The notes below the pieces were generated by a model that searched no databases, was not told the DNA's origin, and saw only the letters and a program-made list of their open reading frames with translations. This document shows positions 35,377-46,202 of a stretch of DNA of 54,830 nucleotides, piece by piece. The first letter of the stretch is position 1. Each line of letters opens with the position of its first letter. Source of the DNA: an uncultured Pseudomonadales bacterium (GTDB lineage Bacteria; Patescibacteriota; Microgenomatia; UBA1400; UBA12028); assembly GCA_964635905.1 (NCBI GenBank), contig CAZWPK010000004.1:91012-145841 (forward strand), in the 5' to 3' direction. The translations under genes and the position numbers were made by a program.

Positions 35377-38322
35377 ATGACCACTGATCAAAACGTCATT
35401 TCTATTCGAGGAGCAAAGCAACATAACCTAAAAAATGTTGATTTAGACCTTCCTAAAAACAAGTTAGTGGTGCTGACTGGAATGTCTGGGAGTGGCAAGA
35501 GTTCCTTAGCGTTTGACACCCTCTATGCCGAAGGCCAACGTCGCTATGTCGAGAGTCTTTCCTCCTATGCACGTCAATTTTTGGGCGTAATGGGAAAGCC
35601 AGATGTCGATTTCATTGGTGGTTTGTCTCCGGCAATCTCCATTGATCAAAAAACAACGTCTCATAACCCCCGTTCAACTGTTGGAACAATTACGGAAATC
35701 TATGACTACCTTCGCTTGCTTTTTGCTCGAGTAGGAAGACCACACTGTCCCAACTGTGGAGAAGAAATCAAACGCTCTTCCATCGATGAAATCGTCAACT
35801 CTATCCTGGAACGGATTGAACAACGTGAAGAACTTGCTAAGGGTATTCGCTTTATGATTTTGTCTCCCGTGATTCGGGATCGAAAAGGAGAATTTACCTC
35901 ACTTTTTGAAAATATTCGTAAAAAAGGATACAGCCGCGTTCGTGTGGATGGCACGTTGTACGGTATCGAAGAAGATTTTGTGCTCCTAAAGAACAATAAA
36001 CATACCATTAGCGTGGTGATTGATCGTTTAGTGGTCGATAAAACCATTTTACGCAATGAGACCGAATTTAAGGACTTTCGCTCACGGCTGTCGGCGGATG
36101 TGGAACAAGCGTTACAGCTTGCCGATGGCTTAGTCATCGCCTCGTTTGTCAACGATCCTGGATTTTCGTTTCCAGAAAAACCCACGCAATTAGAAGATGT
36201 CCTCTATAGTGAAAAGTTCTTGTGTCCGCACTGTGGAATCTCGATCTCGGAGATCGAACCGCGCATTTTCTCGTTTAACACTCCGCATGGAGCGTGTCCA
36301 ACCTGTAACGGACTAGGAACGCTGCTCAAAGTAGATCCAGAGCGTGTGATAGCACCGGGGTTAACGTTATCCGAGGGAGCAGTCATCCCGTTTGAACGGG
36401 TGATGAGTAATGAAACCTGGTTTACCCGGTTAGTGAACACAGTCGTTCGTGAATACGACGGATCAATGAAAACTCCCTACGATCAACTCTCCAAGGAACT
36501 TCAAACAGTCCTTCTCTATGGTGATGCACCCAAAAAACATCATGTCGAAGGAACAAACCGCTTTGGTCATGATACGGCGATCTCCGAAGTTTTTGAAGGA
36601 TTTATTCCGTATTTGGAAAAGAAGTATGGTGAATCGGATTCGGAATGGGTTCGAAGTGAAATCGAGCGTTACATGCGCCGAGAAATCTGTCCAGAGTGTC
36701 ATGGCAAACGCTTAAAGCAAGAAAGCCTGGCTGTGCACATTGAAGGAAAAAATATCGCGGATGTCTGTGATTTCCCGATTCAGAATGCATGGGACTGGGT
36801 ACAGGAATTAGAGAAATCCGGAGTGGAAAAAAACACCATTACGCCTAAAGAATTATTTATTGCCTCCTCGATCCTCAAAGAAATTTCCCAACGCTTAGAA
36901 TTTTTAGTCTCCGTAGGATTAACCTATTTAACCCTGTCGCGTGAAGCGGCAACCCTTGCTGGTGGAGAAGCCCAGCGAATTCGGTTGGCGTCCCAAATTG
37001 GGACGGGACTCACTGGTGTGCTGTATGTTCTCGATGAGCCTACCATTGGATTACATCCCCGTGATAATGAGCGCTTAATTGGGACACTCAAGCGCTTGCG
37101 TGATCTTGGAAACTCCGTGATTGTAGTGGAGCACGACAAGGAAACGATTCAAGCTGCCGATTGGATTGTCGACTTTGGCCCAAGAGCCGGAAACTTAGGC
37201 GGTGAAGTCGTAGCCCAAGGGACATTGCAAGATATCATTTCCAACAAGAAATCGTTGACAGGAAAATATATTAGTGGCAAAAAATCTGTGTCGTTGCCCA
37301 AGCAACGCGACCCGCAAAAAGTCGTGAGCGGTGTCGTCGCTATTCAAGGTGCCCGCGAGCATAACCTAAAGTCTGTGGACGTAGAATTCCCACTCTCCAA
37401 GCTCATTTGTATTACCGGTGTTTCTGGATCGGGGAAATCAACGCTTCTCCATGAAACCTTGTACATGAATTTGGCCAAAGAGCTGGGTTATGTTGTGCAC
37501 GATACTCCTGGAGACATTGACTCCATTTCTGTAAATCCCGCCGTCAAACGTGTGTCTTTGATCGATCAAAGTCCGATTGGAAAAACTCCACGCAGTAATC
37601 CAGCGACCTACACTAAAGTGTTCGACTTAGTCCGGACGGTGTTTGCATCCTCTAATGATGCGCATGCCAGAGGATACACGGCTGGTCGCTTTAGTTTCAA
37701 CGTTAAGGGTGGACGCTGTGAGGCATGTCAAGGTGAAGGTCAAGTAAAGATTGAAATGCAGTTTCTGCCCGATGTGTACATTACGTGTGATGTCTGCAAG
37801 GGAACACGTTACAACCAAGAAACCTTGGAAGTTCGATACAAGGAGAAAAATATCGCCGAAGTGTTGAGTTTAACGATTGAAGAATCGGTTTCCTTCTTTG
37901 AACACAACCACACCATTCGGCATAAGTTGCAAACCTTGGTTGATGTGGGGTTAGGGTATATGCAGTTAGGTCAAAGTGCTCCGACTCTTTCCGGTGGAGA
38001 AGCTCAGCGAGTTAAACTTGCCAAAGAACTATCACTTCGCTCTAATGACCATGTGATGTATTTGCTCGATGAGCCGACAACGGGACTCCATTTTGAAGAC
38101 GTGCAGAATCTAATGCTTGTCTTACGTCGCTTAGTAGATGCAGGAAATAGCGTCGTCGTCATTGAACACAACCTCGATGTTGTCAAAAATGCAGACTGGG
38201 TGATTGATCTTGGACCTGAAGGCGGTGGTGGTGGAGGAGAAATCGTTGCAGTAGGGACACCACAAGAATTAGCACAGGTCGCGGATTCCTGTACAGGGCA
38301 ATTCCTTAAAGAAGAGCTTTGA
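35377..38322 (+). CDS. uvrA: excinuclease ABC subunit A
   Basis: GMSGSGKSSLAFDTLYAEGQRRY, two ABC cassettes (LAGGEAQRIRLA, LSGGEAQRVKLA), Zn fingers. Confidence 0.99.
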   Translation: MTTDQNVISIRGAKQHNLKNVDLDLPKNKLVVLTGMSGSGKSSLAFDTLYAEGQRRYVESLSSYARQFLGVMGKPDVDFIGGLSPAISIDQKTTSHNPRSTVGTITEIYDYLRLLFARVGRPHCPNCGEEIKRSSIDEIVNSILERIEQREELAKGIRFMILSPVIRDRKGEFTSLFENIRKKGYSRVRVDGTLYGIEEDFVLLKNNKHTISVVIDRLVVDKTILRNETEFKDFRSRLSADVEQALQLADGLVIASFVNDPGFSFPEKPTQLEDVLYSEKFLCPHCGISISEIEPRIFSFNTPHGACPTCNGLGTLLKVDPERVIAPGLTLSEGAVIPFERVMSNETWFTRLVNTVVREYDGSMKTPYDQLSKELQTVLLYGDAPKKHHVEGTNRFGHDTAISEVFEGFIPYLEKKYGESDSEWVRSEIERYMRREICPECHGKRLKQESLAVHIEGKNIADVCDFPIQNAWDWVQELEKSGVEKNTITPKELFIASSILKEISQRLEFLVSVGLTYLTLSREAATLAGGEAQRIRLASQIGTGLTGVLYVLDEPTIGLHPRDNERLIGTLKRLRDLGNSVIVVEHDKETIQAADWIVDFGPRAGNLGGEVVAQGTLQDIISNKKSLTGKYISGKKSVSLPKQRDPQKVVSGVVAIQGAREHNLKSVDVEFPLSKLICITGVSGSGKSTLLHETLYMNLAKELGYVVHDTPGDIDSISVNPAVKRVSLIDQSPIGKTPRSNPATYTKVFDLVRTVFASSNDAHARGYTAGRFSFNVKGGRCEACQGEGQVKIEMQFLPDVYITCDVCKGTRYNQETLEVRYKEKNIAEVLSLTIEESVSFFEHNHTIRHKLQTLVDVGLGYMQLGQSAPTLSGGEAQRVKLAKELSLRSNDHVMYLLDEPTTGLHFEDVQNLMLVLRRLVDAGNSVVVIEHNLDVVKNADWVIDLGPEGGGGGGEIVAVGTPQELAQVADSCTGQFLKEEL

Positions 38323-38338
38323 GGTGTAAGATACAACT

Positions 38339-39535
38339 ATGCCCAAAGTCGTACACTCCAAAAAGACGCCGACAGCATCTCGACAACGGACAAGTGCTTT
38401 TAAATCTCGAGCCCGTAGATCATCGCATTTTCCCATCGAATCAAAGCCCTCCGGGCTAGACTCTCTGTTACTAAAAGCACTACGAATAGCAAGTGTCATC
38501 ATTCGCTATGGAACTGCCTGTTTCTTGGGTGGTGTACTAACGTTAGGAATCGTTCTATTTCTCGTTTTTGTTTTTTATTTGCGAGTGGTTGCATACCATG
38601 GAAACGTGTCGATGAGTCAGCTGGTGACAACAATGATTGCATCGCAATCAGTAGAGCTGACTCAAACGAATGGGCAAAAAAATATCCTCATCCTCGGTAC
38701 GGATCAACTGGGAAACCGAGACGCTTCGGTGGTGCTTACCGATACTATTCTTGTCATGTCGATTGGACTGGATGACGGTACGATCACCAGCTTTTCTTTT
38801 CCTCGTGATCTCTACATTGCGTCGCATTCCGCAAAGATTAATAGTTTGCTTGAAAAGGGGAAGACGTTAAGTCCAACCAAGCCGACACAAGTCATTCAAC
38901 AGACGATTGAAGATAGTAGTGGGTTACCCATTCACCATGTGGTTGTCTTGGATATTTCTACCGTGGGGAAATTAATTGATGCATTTGGAGGCTTAGATGT
39001 GACGATTGATCGATCGTTTATTGACTATCAGTTTCCGCGTTCCGATGTCGATGTGCGCGTGGAAAAGGATCCAGCAAAACTGTACGAGATGGTTGCCTTT
39101 AGCAAGGGGGTTGAACATATGAATGGGGAGCGCGCGCTAAAATTCATTCGTTCGAGAAAGTCCCTGGATCCGATTGAAGGATCCGATGACGGCAGAGTGC
39201 TGCGACAACAGAAAGTGATTTCAGCGCTGTTAAGCAAACTAAAAGATCCTATGCTGCCACGTAATCCGGAGCAACTAGGTAAACTGTTGGCGCTTTTTAA
39301 CACGCATATTGAAAGTCAGTTACCACTTCCGCAAGTGATGGGTCTGGCCCGGACATTTGGAGAGAAACGCATGTTCCCTAGTTTTAGAAGCTTTCAGTTC
39401 TCCGTTTCTTTAGGAAGCGAACCAGCCGATTTTTATCACCCAAACACGCATCCATCGGGTGCCTGGGTGTACCTTCCCGTCGATCCCACGTATTCCTCAC
39501 TGAAGCAAAAAGTCCAAACTTGGATTTTCCCATAA
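38339..39535 (+). CDS. LCP (LytR-CpsA-Psr) family protein
   Basis: TM helix; NILILGTD, TDTI, SFPRDLY, KIN, FIRSR, DDGRVLRQQKVI. Confidence 0.92.
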   Translation: MPKVVHSKKTPTASRQRTSAFKSRARRSSHFPIESKPSGLDSLLLKALRIASVIIRYGTACFLGGVLTLGIVLFLVFVFYLRVVAYHGNVSMSQLVTTMIASQSVELTQTNGQKNILILGTDQLGNRDASVVLTDTILVMSIGLDDGTITSFSFPRDLYIASHSAKINSLLEKGKTLSPTKPTQVIQQTIEDSSGLPIHHVVVLDISTVGKLIDAFGGLDVTIDRSFIDYQFPRSDVDVRVEKDPAKLYEMVAFSKGVEHMNGERALKFIRSRKSLDPIEGSDDGRVLRQQKVISALLSKLKDPMLPRNPEQLGKLLALFNTHIESQLPLPQVMGLARTFGEKRMFPSFRSFQFSVSLGSEPADFYHPNTHPSGAWVYLPVDPTYSSLKQKVQTWIFP

Positions 39536-39542
39536 AAACTCT

Positions 39543-39770
39543 ATGCGCGTCATTACGATCCACGTCTATCCACGAAGTAACCGCGATGAGGTTGTCCAAA
39601 CCGGTACGGATACCTATGATGTTCGTGTCAAAGCTATGCCTGAAAAAGGTAAAGCGAATAAAGACGCTATCAAAACCCTTGCCTACTTTCTCGGACTTCC
39701 ACAGTCACGATTGTTGCTGACTAAGGGAGAAAAATTTCAAGATAAAACCATCGTAGTATTAGATGACTAG
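39543..39770 (+). CDS. DUF167 (YggU-like) protein
   Basis: VYPRS, VKAMPEKGKAN, LLTKGEKFQDK. Confidence 0.85.
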   Translation: MRVITIHVYPRSNRDEVVQTGTDTYDVRVKAMPEKGKANKDAIKTLAYFLGLPQSRLLLTKGEKFQDKTIVVLDD

Positions 39771-39868
39771 TTGGCTTCTCAATAGTGGTCACAGCGCTTC
39801 TCTATTCCCCTGATCATTCTTTGATCTGATAGAATGGGGGACATAGTTGATTTTTTGAAAGGTTTCTT

Positions 39869-40885
39869 ATGAGGTTATTGGTAACGGGTGGAGCGGGGTT
39901 TATTGGCTCCAACTTTATTCAATATTGGTTAGCAGGGCATCCATCCGATCAGATTGTAAATCTTGATAGTCTTACCTATGCAGGAAACCTAGAAAATTTG
40001 GTAACTGTCCAAGAGAATCCCAATTACTCTTTCAACAAAGGAGAAATCGGCGATCCCAAAATCGTACACGAGGCAATGACAGGTGTTGATGTTGTTGTCC
40101 ATTTTGCGGCGGAGACACACGTTGATCGCTCGATTAAAGATCCCACTGCGTTTGTGCGAACGAATGTAGAAGGAACGCTGGTCTTGTTGCAAGAAGCGGT
40201 GCAGTCAAAGGTGCAGCGTTTCCATCACATCAGTACCGATGAAGTCTTTGGTTCCTTACAACTTGGGTCCAATGAGAAGTTTAATGAACGTACAAAGTAC
40301 GATCCCCATTCTCCGTACTCTGCTTCCAAAGCCGGGTCGGATCATCTTGTTCGTGCTTTTGGTGATACTTACAAGCTTCCCTATACCATTTCCAACTGTA
40401 GTAATAACTACGGGCCATTTCACTTTCCCGAAAAACTGATACCACTCACAATCACCAACGTCTTAGAGGGGAAACGCATCCCTGTGTATGGTGATGGCTT
40501 ACAAGTACGCGATTGGCTATATGTTCAAGACCACTGTAGCGCCATCGAAGCGGTGTTGTTAAAAGGCAAAGAAGGAGAAACCTATTGTGTGGGAGGAATG
40601 TCACAAGATGTTCCCAATGTTGAAGTAATTAAACTAATTCTCCAAGAAATGGGTCAGGATGAATCACTGATTGAATACGTCACCGATCGCCCAGGTCACG
40701 ACGTCCGGTATGCCATCGACTGGAGCAAAATTGAACGAGAGCTCTCATGGAAACCGAGTTTGACTCTGCAGGATGGAATTAAGAAAACGGTTGCTTGGTA
40801 TACAGAGCATGAATCCTGGTGGAAGCGGGCGAAGTCCGGTGAATATCAAACCTATTATCAGCAGCAATACGCAGGGAGTGTCTAA
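39869..40885 (+). CDS. rfbB: dTDP-glucose 4,6-dehydratase
   Basis: VTGGAGFIGSNF, HFAAETHVDRSI, ISTDEVFG, YSASKA, NNYGP.HFPEKLIP, DRPGHD. Confidence 0.97.
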   Translation: MRLLVTGGAGFIGSNFIQYWLAGHPSDQIVNLDSLTYAGNLENLVTVQENPNYSFNKGEIGDPKIVHEAMTGVDVVVHFAAETHVDRSIKDPTAFVRTNVEGTLVLLQEAVQSKVQRFHHISTDEVFGSLQLGSNEKFNERTKYDPHSPYSASKAGSDHLVRAFGDTYKLPYTISNCSNNYGPFHFPEKLIPLTITNVLEGKRIPVYGDGLQVRDWLYVQDHCSAIEAVLLKGKEGETYCVGGMSQDVPNVEVIKLILQEMGQDESLIEYVTDRPGHDVRYAIDWSKIERELSWKPSLTLQDGIKKTVAWYTEHESWWKRAKSGEYQTYYQQQYAGSV

Positions 40886-40886
40886 T

Positions 40887-41705
40887 ATGCACGTTATTGG
40901 AACCGGATTATCCGGGCTTGTAGGCTCCAAGCTCGTATCAATGTATTCAGCCGAGCATACGTTCCAAAATTTGGATTTAACTACCGGTGTAGATATTCTT
41001 GATGCTGCTCAAGTCATAGACGCATTTAAAAAGTCCGACGCGCCAGTGGCAGTGCATTTTGCCGCATTTACCGACACCCAGAAAGCTTTTGAACAATCCG
41101 GAGATAAAGAGGGAATGGCCTATAAGGTCAACGTGATTGGAACGCGGAATATTGCCACCGCTGCTAAAGAAACGGGGAAGTATCTGATCCATATCTCAAC
41201 CGCCTATGTTTTCGACGGTACGAAAGAGGGTTTGTATACTGAAGAGGATGCTCCGTCCCCAATTGAATGGTATGGGCAAACAAAAGCATATGCAGAGGAA
41301 GAAGTATTGTCTTTGGATGGAAAGTACGCAATTCTTCGTATCGATCGACCATACCGTAATGATGAGTTTCCAAAGTTGGACATTTTGCATAAGGTTAAAT
41401 CAAAACTGGAAGAGGGAACTCTTCCACCTCAATTCTCTGATACATCGTGGACACCAACATCCATCGAAACCTTTAGTGAATGGTTGATTACAATTGCTTC
41501 TAAGCAACCACAAGGTATCTTCCATACGACCACAGAACCCGTGTTTTCTGACTACAGTTTTGCCCTCTGGGTGAAAGAAAAATATCAACTTTCTGGAGAC
41601 GTTAAAGAGGGAAGCTTAGCAGACTATTTAGCCAATAACCCACGACCCTACCAAAAGAATACTGCGCTCGATACTACAAAAGTGCGCAGGGTCATGGCAC
41701 AATAG
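40887..41705 (+). CDS. rfbD: dTDP-4-dehydrorhamnose reductase-like SDR
   Basis: GLSGLVG, HFAAFTD, VNVIGT, HISTAYVFDG, YGQTKAYAE. Confidence 0.85.
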   Translation: MHVIGTGLSGLVGSKLVSMYSAEHTFQNLDLTTGVDILDAAQVIDAFKKSDAPVAVHFAAFTDTQKAFEQSGDKEGMAYKVNVIGTRNIATAAKETGKYLIHISTAYVFDGTKEGLYTEEDAPSPIEWYGQTKAYAEEEVLSLDGKYAILRIDRPYRNDEFPKLDILHKVKSKLEEGTLPPQFSDTSWTPTSIETFSEWLITIASKQPQGIFHTTTEPVFSDYSFALWVKEKYQLSGDVKEGSLADYLANNPRPYQKNTALDTTKVRRVMAQ

Positions 41706-41738
41706 TTCTTTCAGTACTCTTTCAATCAAAACCTAACT

Positions 41739-42929
41739 ATGGATAAACAAAATACCAGATCCTTATGGATCATCTCGTTTGTGGCAGTCGTGAATGCCCT
41801 AGGGTACGGCATCATTATTCCGCTCCTCTATTCATTTGGGAAAGAGTTTGGAATCACTAATGTGCAAAGTGGGTTATTATTTGCCTCATTTTCTGCTGCG
41901 CAGTTTTTAGCTACACCGATCATTGGACGCCTATCGGATAAGTATGGTAGAAAACCGCTCTTAGTCTTTAGTGTCCTGGGCTCGGCACTCTCATTCCTCT
42001 TATTTGGATTAGCCAATAGTGCGATGATGTTGTTTGCAGCACGTATCCTCGATGGAATTTCTGGTGGGAATATCTCCGTTGCCCAAGCGGTCATTTCGGA
42101 TTTAACCAAGCCAAAAGAGAGAACGAAGTGGTTTGGAATGCTCGGAGCCTCCTTTGGATTTGGATTTTTGTTTGGGCCGGCAATCGGCGGAATCTTAAGT
42201 CAGTACTCTGTACGCTTACCCTTCTTCCTTGCCTCCGGAGTGTCGTTATTTTGTGCAATCTTAGCGCAGTTTGTCCTAAAAGAAACATTAAAGGATAAAG
42301 GCACCGCCAGACTTTCATTGGGTTCTGTGTTTAACTTTAAAAAAGTCTTTGATTCTTTATTTGAACCGTTCGTTGGACTCTTACTGGCAATCACATTCTT
42401 AGTGAACTTTGCTTTCTCCATTTTCATCTTAGGTTTCCAGACTTTTACCAATGATAGTCTGAAACTTCCTCCCAGCACGATCTCGTTACTTTTTGTGATT
42501 TTTGGAACGGTAGGACTGATCATGCAGGGCTTTGTTGTGGGTCGCGTCGTTAAAAAGGTAGCCGAGATGCCACTTCTGATGTTTGGTGTCATTTTAACGG
42601 CATCTGGATTTGGATTAATGGCACTTTCAGCGACACTCTTGCCATTCATCTTAGCGTCGATTGTGGTCTCGATTGGGAATTCATTCTTATCCCCGGTGAT
42701 CACCTCCATTATTTCCAAGCATGCGAAGGCAGAAGATCAGGGTGGAATAATGGGAATTAACCAGTCCTACATGAGTATTGCCAATATCGTCGGTCCAATT
42801 ATTGGAGGGTATTTGACCGTCTTTTCCGATCAAACCGCCATTGTTGGTGCCGGACTTTCTCTCCTGATTGCCACCGTATTTGTCGTGTTGGTCTCTAGAG
42901 AAAAGGGAAGACACACGGTTGATTTATAG
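41739..42929 (+). CDS. MFS transporter (TetA/DHA1-like)
   Basis: GRLSDKYGRKP motif A, ARILDGISGGN, GFLFGPAIGG. Confidence 0.92.
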   Translation: MDKQNTRSLWIISFVAVVNALGYGIIIPLLYSFGKEFGITNVQSGLLFASFSAAQFLATPIIGRLSDKYGRKPLLVFSVLGSALSFLLFGLANSAMMLFAARILDGISGGNISVAQAVISDLTKPKERTKWFGMLGASFGFGFLFGPAIGGILSQYSVRLPFFLASGVSLFCAILAQFVLKETLKDKGTARLSLGSVFNFKKVFDSLFEPFVGLLLAITFLVNFAFSIFILGFQTFTNDSLKLPPSTISLLFVIFGTVGLIMQGFVVGRVVKKVAEMPLLMFGVILTASGFGLMALSATLLPFILASIVVSIGNSFLSPVITSIISKHAKAEDQGGIMGINQSYMSIANIVGPIIGGYLTVFSDQTAIVGAGLSLLIATVFVVLVSREKGRHTVDL

Positions 42930-42983
42930 AGGGTATTCCTTTTGCAGAATCAGTAGAGTTTGCTATACTATGACTCTTAACTT

Positions 42984-43057
42984 GCGGGTATAGTTGATCG
43001 GTTCAATGTCACCCTTCCAAGGTGAAGAGAGGGGTCCGACTCCCCTTACCCGCTCCA
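42984..43057 (+). tRNA. tRNA-Gly(TCC)
   Basis: GCGGGTA/TACCCGC, TCACC-CTTCCAA-GGTGA, T-loop TCCGACT, ends TCCA. Confidence 0.92.
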
Positions 43058-43122
43058 GGCAATTCACTAGTGTGATACAGGGTATTGTTGAAAACAACCT
43101 TAGAGTATTCCATACTAACCGT

Positions 43123-43866
43123 ATGGATAACCAACAAAATCCTAGCCCTTCTGAAACTACATCAGCTAATCTTCCCGCCAATAGTGCGACGCCTCAGGCG
43201 AAAACGAATGTGTTTCTTCCGATGCTTTTAGCTCTAGTATTATGTGGGGTTGTTTTTGGCATTGGTGGTTATTATTTAGGTAAGCAGTTTGTTGCTAATG
43301 AGAAACAATTCAATAGCGGCAGTGAACAGAATAATCTGCTTTCTGCAGGTTCTTCACCTTATACTACGATTCCCACTTCAGAACTAGCATTAGACCCTGC
43401 GTGGAAGACATATGCTGTTTATGATGTTTTTTCTGTTCAGTATCCTGAAGATGCTGAGATCAGAGATATTGGCAACGGAGTAGTCATTACGAAATATGGC
43501 TCAAGTCAAAAAAGCCAAACGGAATTGAACGATGGTATCAGTCTGACAATTACTTTCAGTATGTATGAGGCTAATGAAACTCCTACATCGCACACAACAT
43601 TAAAAGATGTAGCGCAAGGAGAGCTTGAGCTTTCAAAGGAAAATGCGGATATTGTTGAAGGTTTAAATCCCGTTACAGTTGGTTCTTTATCTGGCTACAC
43701 CTATTTAACACAGGGTTTAGGGAGATTCAGACATTATATATTAGGGACTAACTTTAATACTCGTGTTATCTATGTGGTAGATGGAACCACCGATCCCAAC
43801 AATCAAGGATACAACACGATTACTAGCAGAATAATTAATTCTATACAAACGAACACCGATAATTAA
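43123..43866 (+). CDS. membrane-anchored exported protein (PsbP-like C-terminal domain)
   Basis: Disordered N-terminus, TM helix, WKTY...FSVQYP, IINSI; the longer ORF call runs through tRNA-Gly and is not credible. Confidence 0.7.
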   Translation: MDNQQNPSPSETTSANLPANSATPQAKTNVFLPMLLALVLCGVVFGIGGYYLGKQFVANEKQFNSGSEQNNLLSAGSSPYTTIPTSELALDPAWKTYAVYDVFSVQYPEDAEIRDIGNGVVITKYGSSQKSQTELNDGISLTITFSMYEANETPTSHTTLKDVAQGELELSKENADIVEGLNPVTVGSLSGYTYLTQGLGRFRHYILGTNFNTRVIYVVDGTTDPNNQGYNTITSRIINSIQTNTDN

Positions 43867-43974
43867 CAAGTACGCCTTTCTCGACTGTAGAAGCTCCATC
43901 GTTATTCAGTTCGTCTAAACTCGAATTTCGAGTAACTATTTTGACATTTCATTCATCTCTGGTATTATTGCGAC

Positions 43975-44721
43975 ATGAAAAAGAAATCAACAATCACCCC
44001 AAAAGAGCAAGCTACTCGTAAAGTACGGGCACCCAAAAAAATCGACGCCGTCACCAAAACCTTCGTTGAAAATGACGTTGATGAATTGGATGAAGATATT
44101 GAACAACCCGAACGCATGACACCTGTTGTTGAAAAGGAAAGTCGAAAAAAATGGTTTATTCTTGCCGCAGTTTTGTTGATTGCTGGAGTCGCATTGTTTA
44201 GATATCGCTATTTACTTACCCCCGTTGTCGTGAATGGACAACCCATCTATGTATGGCAGTATTTCGGAAAACTCCATGAGCAATTTGGTCAGGAACAACT
44301 CAATGCTATGGCTACTGAATCCATGATCGAACAAGCAGTTCGATCTGCCAACGTCACTGTTCCTACCGAGGATGTGGATAAGGAAATAGCCAAGATCGAG
44401 CTGGAAGCCAGTAGTTCCGGTGGAATCAATGCAATCTTAGAAGCCCAGCAACTCTCCTTAACGGAACTAAAACGTCGAATTGAGCTCCAACTCGCTGTCA
44501 AAAAGATTTTGGCAGATAAGATTACTGTTACCGATCAAGAGGTGAATGAAACATTCACGACCAACAAGGACTTTTATAAATCCATGCCTGAAGCCCAAGC
44601 TAAACAGATGGTCCGACAGCAATTGGAAGATCAAAAGTTTCAGCAAGAAGTCAGCACCTGGATTAACGAGATTAGAAGTAAAGCGAACATCCAAATCAAA
44701 TTTCCAGGAATTGAGAGCTAA
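43975..44721 (+). CDS. SurA N-terminal domain/PrsA-like foldase without a parvulin domain
   Basis: TM helix, VVVNGQPI, MIEQA, ITVTDQEV, WINEIRSKANI. Confidence 0.75.
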   Translation: MKKKSTITPKEQATRKVRAPKKIDAVTKTFVENDVDELDEDIEQPERMTPVVEKESRKKWFILAAVLLIAGVALFRYRYLLTPVVVNGQPIYVWQYFGKLHEQFGQEQLNAMATESMIEQAVRSANVTVPTEDVDKEIAKIELEASSSGGINAILEAQQLSLTELKRRIELQLAVKKILADKITVTDQEVNETFTTNKDFYKSMPEAQAKQMVRQQLEDQKFQQEVSTWINEIRSKANIQIKFPGIES

Positions 44722-46154
44722 CTTGTAAGCTCCTGGGAACGCTTTTTTGCCAACTCTTGGAGATACTCTTTTGTATTATGTGCAGGCTCATCCAGCACAT
44801 CTTCAAGCAGAGCATTGAGGATCTTTCCTACCAGTGGTCCCGGCGTTAGGGACAAGGTACTCATAATATCAGTTCCATCGATAGCTAAATCCGTAATCTT
44901 TAACGGTTGATGCAATTCTGCCCAAATGCGCTCCTTGAGTTCCTCAAGCCTCCAACTGGACGCTTTACTGCCACTACCCACTCGATCTCCAGTTCGGAGT
45001 GCAAACATATCTTCAATATTTTCTAAACCCACACGACGGATAAAGCGACGAATGTAGGCATCGGTTGCAAAACTTTCATAGGTAAACATATGCCAACGAA
45101 CTAAGGTAAAGACTCGATCACAATCGTGCTTGGCTAGCCGTAAGCGAGCAGCAACTTGCTTGGCGACTCGAGCTCCAACGACCTCATGATTATAAAAGGT
45201 GATGGTACCCTGATCTGTTTGCTGGAACGTTAAGGGTTTTCCGACATCGTGGAGAAGGGTAGCTAAGCGAACAACAGGATCCTTGGAGCTACACGCTTGT
45301 AGTGCCCGGATTGAGTGTTCCCAGACATCATAAATATGGTGTCCCGATTGCTTGACCCCTTTCATGGGTAACAGTTCTGGCACAATGTGTTCCAGTAACG
45401 CGAACCGATCCAGGAAGACTATGGCTACAGAAGGTGCGGGACTTGCCAGCATTTTTAAAAATTCACTGCTTTTGCGTTCCCAACTAATAAGAGATAGGGA
45501 GGCAGCATGCGCACTGATGGCATCTCCAGCTTCCTGCTCAATCACAAATCCTAAGGTAACCGCAAAGCGTATCGCCCGTAGCATACGTAAGGCATCTTCT
45601 TCAAATCGTTCACTGGCAACGCCAACCGTTCGAATCTTTTTGGCGGTAAGGTCCTCTTGTCCAGAAAAGGGATCGATGAGCGTACAGTCCACTTCTATTG
45701 ATTGGGACGACTCTGGATCCACGGAGTCTAAGATGCTCTTTTCAATGCGAAGTGCTATGGCATTGATGGTAAAGTCTCGGCGTTGTAAGTCCTCTTCAAT
45801 ACTGGCTCCCCAGGTCACTTCTTCCGGTTGCCGATGATTGCGGTATTCTCCATCAGCTCGATACGTGGTGATATCAAAAACCAGATCTTCTTCACCGGTT
45901 GGACAAGCAAACTTGAATTGCTCACCTACATGCTTTTGTGCCACCATGACCGTGCCATAGTTGTTCTCATAAAAACTTTCTGTAAACAACGGCAGAATTT
46001 CCTCGGGCTTAGCATTGGTAGTGATATCCCAATCTTTGGTGGGAAGATGAAGTAATACATCACGCACAGCTCCACCCACGATTTCGGCGGTATAGCCAGC
46101 CTCTTGCAGGCGTTTTAGGATACAGAGTACGGAAATAGGAAGCTCCAGTTTCAT
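44718..46154 (-). CDS. cca: CCA tRNA nucleotidyltransferase with HD domain
   Basis: VGGAVRD, DWDITT, DLQRRDFTINA, RFEEDALRMLRAIRF, LLHDVGKP, HEVVGA. Confidence 0.93.
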   Translation of the reverse strand: MKLELPISVLCILKRLQEAGYTAEIVGGAVRDVLLHLPTKDWDITTNAKPEEILPLFTESFYENNYGTVMVAQKHVGEQFKFACPTGEEDLVFDITTYRADGEYRNHRQPEEVTWGASIEEDLQRRDFTINAIALRIEKSILDSVDPESSQSIEVDCTLIDPFSGQEDLTAKKIRTVGVASERFEEDALRMLRAIRFAVTLGFVIEQEAGDAISAHAASLSLISWERKSSEFLKMLASPAPSVAIVFLDRFALLEHIVPELLPMKGVKQSGHHIYDVWEHSIRALQACSSKDPVVRLATLLHDVGKPLTFQQTDQGTITFYNHEVVGARVAKQVAARLRLAKHDCDRVFTLVRWHMFTYESFATDAYIRRFIRRVGLENIEDMFALRTGDRVGSGSKASSWRLEELKERIWAELHQPLKITDLAIDGTDIMSTLSLTPGPLVGKILNALLEDVLDEPAHNTKEYLQELAKKRSQELTS

Positions 46155-46202
46155 GAAGGTATGATAGCATGGAGCATCGACAAACAGTTTTTCTTTTTTG
46201 CT

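Noticed and set aside
35377-38322. Alternative genetic code (TGA recoding as in some CPR lineages)
   Set aside because: Conserved genes are full length under code 11, and TGA ends uvrA at the expected C-terminus
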